Positions 57,901-64,000 of a stretch of 64,000 nt of DNA are shown piece by piece. The notes under the pieces were generated by a model. The model made no database searches, was not told the DNA's origin, and saw only the letters and a list, made by a program, of their open reading frames with translations. The position numbers and the translations under genes are program-made. The stretch's first letter is position 1. Each line of letters opens with the position of its first letter. The stretch comes from a virus. The stretch is taken from the IMG/VR virus record IMGVR_UViG_3300025093_000015, positions 23,711 through 87,710 of that record. The stretch is one strand, 5' to 3'.

Positions 57901-60037
57901 AAAAGAAGGTGATACACTATCACGAATAGCATCTGATTTTGGAGTTCCTTTAAACACTTTAGTTACTGATAATAATATTAGTGATCCTAGTAAAATTTTA
58001 GTTAATCAAAAAATAACAGTAAATAAAAATACTGCTAAACCATATTTAGTGATTGATAAATCAAAAAGTAAGATGCATTTAATTTATCCTGGTGATACCC
58101 AACCAAGAGAATCATATGATATTCTTACAGGTACAATGGTAGGAGATCAAGCAACAGTTACAAAATCTGATTACTTTTATCAAGGTAAGAAGTTAACTCA
58201 AGATGAACTTAATCAACACATGGAAGATAATGGTGTTAAAAACATTAGAGAATTATTAAGTATTAAATTAGATGGTAAACCTTTATACACTAGTTCTACA
58301 GATTATTATGCAGGTAACAGAATGACAGGTGCAGGAAAATATACTATTTCTGAAACTAATGCAGATGGTGGTAGATCATACCGTGGTGATGCTGCACCAG
58401 GAGAATTAGTACCATCATTTAACTTAGTTAATGAACAAGGTGTAGAACAAGCACTTGCTATACATGGTGTAACAAGAGGTAGAACAGCATCACTATATGA
58501 TAATAACCCATATAACAATAGATTAACTTCTGGTTGTATAAATGGTAAGTGTGAAGATCTACAATCATTATATGAAAATCCTGATATTACTAAAGGGACT
58601 GAAGTTTATGTGTTACCAGAAAACGAAGATTCAGGTAGTTCTTTTGTATATGAAAATGGTAAGATAAACTTTTACACTAAAAGAGAAAACCAAGAAAGAG
58701 CACGTAAAGGATTTTATAAGGCTAAAGACAATAAAAATAGATATAGTGGTAAAGGTGGAGATGAAGGTGAGTTTGTAGAAGATGGACCAGGTATTAATGT
58801 TACTACTAACTTTGGTAATTATAATCCTATTATGTTTGAATTTGATAAATCATTACATCAATCAGAAGGAGCTAATAATCCTTATGTACAAGCTGATGGT
58901 AGTGTAATAAATTTAAATAAAGAATTTACAGAGCACACACAACCATTTTTAAATTCATTAGCAGAAAATAAAAAACGTGTAATGGAGACTATAAATATAG
59001 ATGGTGACTTATATAATGATTTAGCATTAGTATCATTTGGTATATATGCTAATGAAAGTGGTATGGGAGATATAAATCCATTAGGTGAAGATATACTTAA
59101 GTTAGGAAGAAAAACTGGAGTAACACTATTAAATAAATTAGGTGCAGGTTTAAATCCTGTAGGATCAGGAAGTGTTGAAAGAAAATATAATATAGGATTT
59201 CAAAATGATCCTTCAAATAGTGTAGGATGGACACAATTAAGAGTTGGTGATGGTAATACTGGTCCAAATGAAAGAGAAGCTTTAGCAAGATATGATAATA
59301 AATATGATACTAAATTTACAAATAAAATAGAAACAGTATTATCACAAGATGATTTAAATACTTTACAATCATATGATCAAAAAAATGGAACTGATTTATA
59401 TTCTCAAGCTACATCTAATAATAATAAAGGAAGAATTTATGTGAATAGGTTAGGAGAAGTTCAGTATCATAAATATGATATTGATAATAGTTTATTATTG
59501 GATCCTGAATATTCTGCAATAGCAACTGCAATTATATTAGGAGAAAGATATAAAAATCAAATTTCAAGAGATAAAAAGAATTCATCTGATTTTGATATAT
59601 ATCATGAAGTAGCTAAAACATGGAGGCCAGGTACTAAATCTGATGACTATGCTAGATTAGTAAATGCAAATATTCCATTAGTTACATTGAGAGAAACAGA
59701 CATTAATAATATTGACAAGAATGTAATTATAAAAGGTGAATATCAAAATACTTCTGAGACTACAAAAGATTTAGCTGTTGAAGCTGCACATAATACTGTA
59801 TTACCTAATTTATTATCTACAATTTTTGGTTTTTCTAGAGGTGGAGAGTTTGGATTAAATAATCAAATACAATTTTATAAAGATTATGTAGAGGGTCTTT
59901 ATAAAAATACTAATCAAGAAAAGTCAGCTAAAAAACTCTATGATAAATTAAATAGAATGTATTACAATGAGTATAGAGGTACGGATAGTAATGCATTAGA
60001 TATAATGAACTTAATGAATAGTGGTACAAATAATTAG
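51971..60037 (+). CDS. 2688-aa multidomain putative virion cargo polyprotein (papain-like, zincin, lysozyme-like, 3x LysM, YkuD)
   Basis: GH...YDFFTDNC; AHELGH; YVES..NPESSATGLYGQ; three V..GD.L..IA LysM motifs; AIHG...TSGCIN; repeated GGxLPKAQxG linkers. Confidence 0.75.
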   Translation: MKFSKDGYKRNSKDRNNPYNIIPSGNITMKDVDFPVFGIDNLGNIEIMMPGGEYKFPGSSVFEIPLAQIGKELSELEKKINVYLNNPGERAKAFSESEEELANIDNLRHAMAGRYTAEELQNKVKGIPYIGSILDATGVDKLVGFLGSNALGIGHEVSTLVEDERPFFAALQETGEDVFNNFVGSIVGSTDASSERKDNMLQFLSYNNLLPDGYVQTDPNFSENVYFKNPDTTIKKPNFDSYQGGGEGKYQVEVIKYPLGYPGMPPGHIESRILNTEDLPEKYKKLDEDGRLIYKPYLNAWPNRNREVDYDPKYDYEPGVQTLILNLNESDLEKYMNASQLSRAGGMEIPLVNYELNTMFGFGNKGQYDFFTDNCADQTCRALGLSDANSSMLGVTTPQQVYDALMSDPRLLAGSVKGDPTVLETAGKSIYNTYRTTPWSLSRPLREKAVNYIEDNTDLQFDWEGVKNIPGYHYRNWIRPTGRTIEKGAKAVKETYEDLSQSFIDGINKINPMNWKNGGSLPKAQNGLNMLNIINPSMFTTSYLVNKGMDLVKNKIADNVSPYGYHDAYNRLYDAIFTTENHEGFSSEAGDERRDLLHMLMGLPQENNTILEQTTYVPTKGHNEGDIYYSSPFTEQEIQKNINNIGKSEKDIWYEDYLLNEKGDPKDWELYWNEILEDGLDYKLFNRLLDSNEADDPFMWNGKEATDDKFQAEEEPEKYIYYKDIQEHKDFVNSSDYKKWEKEAKEQIEDRYNRVQFPDLETLLTTPGNKEEGTDQSGGFYGSVLGNFTLGQGEDEKGKYISYYDKWDLSPYQYDGGWKETLSNLAQEYILGVTPASIYNRMYYTIDDEGNYVFEKKNGGSLPQAQYGVEPYTAVQDNTYVHIPPPPPAPTKVIDQFPHGTISPAGPEPAWYEKLLNVVAHPMEAFGRSIHNQDWWTGDLGEGLPMSPQHSTNIGGGFDMLNTFVNPASWVEDISDSESITEGVVNTAMLFPIFRGGKLVKHADEVVDASKQITKGSGKVKIEDPNTLYRVVDVPVGTSADEIAKAAEYGTTIPNVATTGRRTGYSQLQRETPFDVLNTTSNQGWILGRGPNDPGNLMNLYGGKNPYVIKMSRGNPLVGPETLKTINQRTDILRDFSFPYTQNVGKWNPATGQFDLPLELGAGVFTTVGKSADDLAKIMPGSIVNPNMVSRGNNNITTIFGPKGFQVRQPQEVLPISEYIKRIGNNPNFKFNLGGSLPKAQDGDGYIEQYTTMNQDGVYNPYTLTDEEMAVANKYQPVVDWYDSYLQGDTFNHLYNKILDNTSDPWVPRFMKTGLKQTQQYVQDYPYVKQHNDIWNWDPLNDPVNVAPSIIEKRTNTGGLHRSKASNQTTTKSRISIDPQNEYFGPYSTEQQEGIMAHELGHTEGRFFTGSPELDAEINKRNKAYQRVWNNLPEEDKKRMTENPVEIGYWLSDNYNSSSDFHDAASHEVRSDVIRFRYLADKAGIYNSSGDYKKFNESDLKKMKDQFGNNRLFRHFEDKDIIWLMDNVAQQTPEGTDNPYEIVDDFGQSSFMSRYGGQLPKAQEGKETISFDDLEKGIRYVESLNGELMLNPESSATGLYGQLWNEIKDKYDGTREEFAKDLDYQKQLFKDRANGLIEGVPGLISNGIDLYNEYSEVEHGMSMLEIAALSNMLGRQGTRKYIGNHIRDGRSLESVFPNLYGEDAKYTNKTPGEYIEKFKKGLLEELKSGGEFMKKMNRLKQQLELYNSGKEISGIAKKELELRGLIKQPVMRTGGSVPVKEGDYLGKIARDAGYTLDEVMQFNPQLKDRKDYVIYPGEKIYFDNETREYDLSGKPKLFHTVQRGDTLGEIASKYDLNLTEVAKLNNITGDAINRIYPGDQILLPEHAKFERNDDIKKQEDIAKSPVTNTDSVVVNTPSPVNDIWVEREYDSETGRYKIIGGKKQNIQEINTYNNLQTIIKGKNDFDKSTSTKKIYTVKEGDTLSRIASDFGVPLNTLVTDNNISDPSKILVNQKITVNKNTAKPYLVIDKSKSKMHLIYPGDTQPRESYDILTGTMVGDQATVTKSDYFYQGKKLTQDELNQHMEDNGVKNIRELLSIKLDGKPLYTSSTDYYAGNRMTGAGKYTISETNADGGRSYRGDAAPGELVPSFNLVNEQGVEQALAIHGVTRGRTASLYDNNPYNNRLTSGCINGKCEDLQSLYENPDITKGTEVYVLPENEDSGSSFVYENGKINFYTKRENQERARKGFYKAKDNKNRYSGKGGDEGEFVEDGPGINVTTNFGNYNPIMFEFDKSLHQSEGANNPYVQADGSVINLNKEFTEHTQPFLNSLAENKKRVMETINIDGDLYNDLALVSFGIYANESGMGDINPLGEDILKLGRKTGVTLLNKLGAGLNPVGSGSVERKYNIGFQNDPSNSVGWTQLRVGDGNTGPNEREALARYDNKYDTKFTNKIETVLSQDDLNTLQSYDQKNGTDLYSQATSNNNKGRIYVNRLGEVQYHKYDIDNSLLLDPEYSAIATAIILGERYKNQISRDKKNSSDFDIYHEVAKTWRPGTKSDDYARLVNANIPLVTLRETDINNIDKNVIIKGEYQNTSETTKDLAVEAAHNTVLPNLLSTIFGFSRGGEFGLNNQIQFYKDYVEGLYKNTNQEKSAKKLYDKLNRMYYNEYRGTDSNALDIMNLMNSGTNN

Positions 60038-60084
60038 CATATCTGCTGATAATTTAGTATATTATTAAAGTAAACTGTAACTAT

Positions 60085-62544
60085 ATGTTTTTTAATACCA
60101 ATCCATATTTAATGTTAGCAAAGCTGGGCGGTTCATTACCTAAATATCAAGGTAATGAAGGATCTAGTGAAACTAATACAAATGATTCTGATGGTAATGG
60201 TATTCCAGATAATGCTGTTATAGAACATGGTAGTGCATACTGGGAAGATGAAAATGGTGTTTTGCAGATGGCTACTGTAGATCCACAAGGTAATTGGGAA
60301 ATAGCAAGCAATGACGAAGGTCAAGGTAGTGGAACAACTGATCCTGGAACAGGTTTAACATTTAGTCAAGCTTATAGACAAGCTAGAGATGCAGGTGAAA
60401 AAACTTTTACTTGGAATGGTAAACAATATACAACTAGATCAGAAAGTGAAAGTGAAGAAGAATTTGAATCAAAATTTAATACAGAAGAAAATACAGAAGA
60501 AAATAATGATGAAAATGCTAATGTAAATAATAATACTAATAATGAAAATGATGAGGATTTAACAGATTTGGAAAAAGCTCAAAGGCTTGCTAATCAAGCT
60601 GAAAATGATTTAAGTTTTAGAAATCCTGATGAAGCAACTATACTTTCTGGTATAGGAGATAATCCATTTTTAGAATTAGTAGATGCTGTTGAAAGAGGAG
60701 TAAAAAGTTTTAAAGGTGAAAACTATTATGATCCTGGCAGCAAAGAAGATTATATGAAATATACTATAAGAAATGTATCTGATCAAGACTTATATTATAA
60801 TGAAGAGGATAGGCTTAAAATGGCTTACAACCCTGGTAAATATTTAAAAGATGAAGAAGAGATACGTGAAGAAGATATGGTAAACTTTCTTAATGAAAGA
60901 AGAAAGGGTAGACGTGATATGTATGGTAAGGTCAAAGATTTTGATTATGATTTATATGAACTTACAGGTAAAGGTAAAACATACAGTAGATTTTCTGGAG
61001 CTAAACAAGGAGATTTATTAGAGGAAAAATACAGGGATGCAGATTATTTAGGTTATACAGAAAGAAGTGATGGTAGCTCAAATCCATATAACTATTTAGA
61101 AAGATTAGAAGGATCAGGAGATCCAAATTATATAGGTCCACAAGGAAACACTATTATACAAGGTCAAGATGACTCATTTTTGTCAAGAGACTTTGAAGGA
61201 TCAAGCACACCTTTTAATAGAGATGATGATTCTATAGAATGGCAAAGATCAATGGCTAATCCAATGAATCAACCTATAACAATGCCAACAATTCCAGTTA
61301 CAGAAATACCTCTTAATAATTCTGAACCAGAGTTACAAAAAGCTATTCCATATATTCCTGCAGAACCAGTAGATGCACCTGTAGATCCTAATGCACCAGG
61401 TGTTGAAGATCTTCAAGACATTCCACCTAATCTTGCAAGATATGGTGGTGGCTTACCAAAATATCAATCATTAGGAGAATTTAGTACACCAACACAAGGA
61501 ATGTTTACTCCAACATTTTCAGGATATAGTTTATCAGGTAATCAAATTTCACCTTTTACTAACCCAGGTCCAACATTAAATAATCCTGCAGGTTTTTTGA
61601 ATACTCCTGTATTAGGTGCACCAACTACTGAGGATCAATACAAACCTATGACTGATGCACAAATGTATGCTAATTCACAAGCAGTTCAAAGATCAATGGA
61701 TAGCTTTGAAGCATTTACTGCAGATATGAATAAAAGATTAGAAAATCCTTCTTTAAGTATGAATCAGGTTGACACAAACCCATTAAATCTTCCAGAAGTA
61801 GATTTTAGCCCATCTCCAGAGTTACAAAATACAATGGATGCAATGGATTATACAATAGCAGAAAGTCAAGGTAGATTAATGGGAACTGGTGCTAATGCAA
61901 CAATTATACCATCTGCAGAACAAATGCAACAACAGTCAGAAGAATTTAGTGCAAACTTAGAAGAACAGATGAGTAATATACCAGAGTATCAGGGAACTCA
62001 AGAAAATCTAGATAGATATGATAGATCTATGGAATTAGGTTTTGATGGTGATTTAGCAGCTATGGATGCATATGATGAGTCAGAGGCAGCAGAAGCACAG
62101 ATGAGATCTGATAGAGCAGATGCTATTGAATTAGCAAGTGAAAAACCAAGTTTTGGAACTAGAGCATATAATACTATGTTAAGAGTAGCTGATAGTAAAC
62201 CAGTTCAAACATATACTAAGATTAGTGATATGGCAATTAATATGTCAAAACCTATTACTAAAATAGCAAGAGCTGCAAATGAAAGAAAACAAAAACTTGA
62301 TATGATGAACAATGCATTTTTAGCAGATAATATATTTGCTGCTACAGATGCAGATACATCAGGTAATAAAGGTAACTATGATCCTAATACTGGTATATTT
62401 AGACCAGATGATAAAGTTATTTCTGGTACTACACAATCAGCAAAAAGAGGAGGAAGTTTCTATAAATCAGGAGGATCTATAGATATAGATATAAATACAT
62501 ATAAACAATTAGTTGCTGCGGGAGCAGATATAACAATATTATAA
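60085..62544 (+). CDS. acidic low-complexity putative cargo/ejection protein
   Basis: KLGGSLPKYQG and RYGGGLPKYQ linkers; TFSQAYRQARDAGEKTFTWNGKQYTT motif; GNYDPNTG.FRPD near the C-terminus. Confidence 0.65.
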   Translation: MFFNTNPYLMLAKLGGSLPKYQGNEGSSETNTNDSDGNGIPDNAVIEHGSAYWEDENGVLQMATVDPQGNWEIASNDEGQGSGTTDPGTGLTFSQAYRQARDAGEKTFTWNGKQYTTRSESESEEEFESKFNTEENTEENNDENANVNNNTNNENDEDLTDLEKAQRLANQAENDLSFRNPDEATILSGIGDNPFLELVDAVERGVKSFKGENYYDPGSKEDYMKYTIRNVSDQDLYYNEEDRLKMAYNPGKYLKDEEEIREEDMVNFLNERRKGRRDMYGKVKDFDYDLYELTGKGKTYSRFSGAKQGDLLEEKYRDADYLGYTERSDGSSNPYNYLERLEGSGDPNYIGPQGNTIIQGQDDSFLSRDFEGSSTPFNRDDDSIEWQRSMANPMNQPITMPTIPVTEIPLNNSEPELQKAIPYIPAEPVDAPVDPNAPGVEDLQDIPPNLARYGGGLPKYQSLGEFSTPTQGMFTPTFSGYSLSGNQISPFTNPGPTLNNPAGFLNTPVLGAPTTEDQYKPMTDAQMYANSQAVQRSMDSFEAFTADMNKRLENPSLSMNQVDTNPLNLPEVDFSPSPELQNTMDAMDYTIAESQGRLMGTGANATIIPSAEQMQQQSEEFSANLEEQMSNIPEYQGTQENLDRYDRSMELGFDGDLAAMDAYDESEAAEAQMRSDRADAIELASEKPSFGTRAYNTMLRVADSKPVQTYTKISDMAINMSKPITKIARAANERKQKLDMMNNAFLADNIFAATDADTSGNKGNYDPNTGIFRPDDKVISGTTQSAKRGGSFYKSGGSIDIDINTYKQLVAAGADITIL

Positions 62545-62546
62545 TT

Positions 62547-64000
62547 ATGAAAGTAAACATTAATAAATTACCAGCTGGCTTTTCTATTGTAAATGGAAAA
62601 GTGTACAAAGACGGAGGTACTACTGGTGATCAGTCAGATTTTGGATTAGTAACATATCCACATTTAGATCCGTTTGCAACTGAAGATCCAACATCTAAGG
62701 TTAATTATTCTATTAACGCTGTTCCTAGAGATGAAGCTAATCTAGAAGCTGAGAAAGGTGAGACCGTCCTTACTGATCTTAACAATGATGGGAACTTTGA
62801 ATTATATGAAATACAAGGTAAAAGACATCATCAAGGTGGTACTCCGTTAAATCTTCCACCTCAATCATTTATTTACTCTGACACACCAGCAATGAAATTT
62901 AGTAAATTTGAACTTGCTGAAATGGGGTTAGAGTCAAAGAAAAAATTAACTCCTGCTGCTGTTTCTAAAAAGTATCAACTTAATAATTTTATGGGATTAT
63001 TAGATGATGAGTCTTCAGATAATATAACAAGAGATACAGCTGAGTATATGATAGGTAAAAATAAAAGAGCTTTATCTCAAATAGCATTTCTACAAGAAGC
63101 AAAAAAAGAATTTGAAGATGGTGTTCCATTAGCTGCATATCCATACTTATCTGAAAAAGGTATTGATCCACTACAATTTTCACAACAAGTTCAAGATATA
63201 TCTAGAAAAGAAGCTGAATTACAAATGTTAGTACAACTTCCATTTGAACAAAGAATGCAATTACTTAGTGCAAAACAAATGATGGAAGAGCAGCAAAGAA
63301 GACAGCAAGAACAAAACATGTTGGCACAACAAGGTATGTTACCTCCATCACAAGCTAATATGTCTGCACCAGCTCCTGGTCAAGAGATGATGGCAATGCA
63401 ACCAAACATGCAGCCTAATATGCAGCCTAATATGCAACCAGCTATGGCTAAACGAGGTGGTCAATTATCTAATCTATTACCAAAAGCACAGTTTGGATAT
63501 ATGGGTAGTAACAGAGGAAGATCTAATTTAAATCAGTCTATGAAAATAGCAGGTACAACTGCACTTGGTAGTATGTTACTTAGAACAGTACCTCAAATGA
63601 TTAGCAGGTATAATAGAAAGAATGATGCTTGGGAAATGTATAATGATAACATGGATCAAATGTGGGCTAGACCAGGTTCAGGTTATGATAGCTGGGCAGA
63701 TTTTTGTGAAAACAACACATGTCCAAATTTACCAAACTTTACACCAAGCAAATCAGATTGGTTTTCTGGACAAGGATATACTGGTCAAGGTAGCGGTATG
63801 GATCCTGATTATTATATGGGTCTAGTAGGAGGTAACACTAAAGAAGAATATAGACAAAATATAGGTGCTGGAATAAAACAAGGATTAAAAGATGGTCTAA
63901 AAACTGGTCTAGTTAATTATGGTCTTAATGCATTATTAGACAATACTAGGTTTGGAAGAAAACTACAAAGAAACTTTGATATTAATTTAGGTTGGTATAA
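62547..64000 (+). CDS. putative cargo/ejection protein (partial; runs off the right edge)
   Basis: Not in the ORF track. Open frame from ATG 62547: MKVNINKLPAGF..YKDGG..NLEAEKGETV..GKRHHQGGTPL..AKRGGQLSNLLPKAQFG. Confidence 0.8.
   Translation, partial: MKVNINKLPAGFSIVNGKVYKDGGTTGDQSDFGLVTYPHLDPFATEDPTSKVNYSINAVPRDEANLEAEKGETVLTDLNNDGNFELYEIQGKRHHQGGTPLNLPPQSFIYSDTPAMKFSKFELAEMGLESKKKLTPAAVSKKYQLNNFMGLLDDESSDNITRDTAEYMIGKNKRALSQIAFLQEAKKEFEDGVPLAAYPYLSEKGIDPLQFSQQVQDISRKEAELQMLVQLPFEQRMQLLSAKQMMEEQQRRQQEQNMLAQQGMLPPSQANMSAPAPGQEMMAMQPNMQPNMQPNMQPAMAKRGGQLSNLLPKAQFGYMGSNRGRSNLNQSMKIAGTTALGSMLLRTVPQMISRYNRKNDAWEMYNDNMDQMWARPGSGYDSWADFCENNTCPNLPNFTPSKSDWFSGQGYTGQGSGMDPDYYMGLVGGNTKEEYRQNIGAGIKQGLKDGLKTGLVNYGLNALLDNTRFGRKLQRNFDINLGWY
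63396..63440 (+). repeat. 12-bp coding tandem repeat (MQPN x3 plus MQP)
   Basis: atgcaaccaaac atgcagcctaat atgcagcctaat atgcaacca. Confidence 0.8.

Noticed and set aside
461-63825. Numerous short antisense or alternate-frame ORFs in the track (e.g. 461-721, 1218-1544, 4242-4574, 11273-11617, 26240-26614, 63622-63825)
   Set aside because: Shadow ORFs lying within or largely overlapping better-supported genes.
1-64000. Stop-codon reassignment (TAG or TGA), known in some crAss-like phages
   Set aside because: Long genes are intact in the standard code, TGA and TAG serve as real stops (e.g. terL, 16831), and the only tRNA is Arg(UCU).
51971-64000. Virion RNA polymerase among the giant ORFs
   Set aside because: No DxDxD catalytic motif in a polymerase-like context was recognised. 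It may lie beyond the right edge.

Overview
A 64-kb segment of an AT-rich lytic tailed-phage genome. Gene content and order point to Crassvirales (crAss-like), and TAnnTTTG promoters plus the lack of Shine-Dalgarno sites point to a Bacteroidota (probably flavobacterial) host. Two gene blocks diverge at about 15.7 kb. The minus-strand block (1-15.6 kb) holds early/replication genes: DUF2201-like metallopeptidase, RusA-like resolvase, primase, AAA ATPase, DnaB, a DnaA-domain-IV protein, SF2 helicase, HNH protein, lipoproteins and tRNA-Arg(UCU). The plus-strand block (15.8-64 kb) holds nuclease, small basic proteins, holin, PhoH, lysin, GroES, TerL, portal, scaffold, MCP, ring/tail/muzzle proteins and three very large putative ejected-cargo proteins. 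The standard genetic code gives intact ORFs. Main leads: (1) the cargo ORFs at 52-64 kb look like polyproteins of unrelated enzyme domains separated by a recurrent xxGGxLPKAQxG linker, with an embedded permuted-papain domain as a candidate Gly-Gly-specific processing protease; (2) a roughly 700-nt non-coding stretch at 14.55-15.3 kb packed with minus-strand RNA structures, plus a structured leader before primase; (3) DnaA-box-like sites clustered at the strand switch, alongside a phage-encoded DnaA domain-IV protein; (4) a recurrent GTATATTAT promoter-like motif before late operons; (5) vWA domains in the muzzle and tail proteins. All family assignments come from motif recognition by eye; no database search was run.
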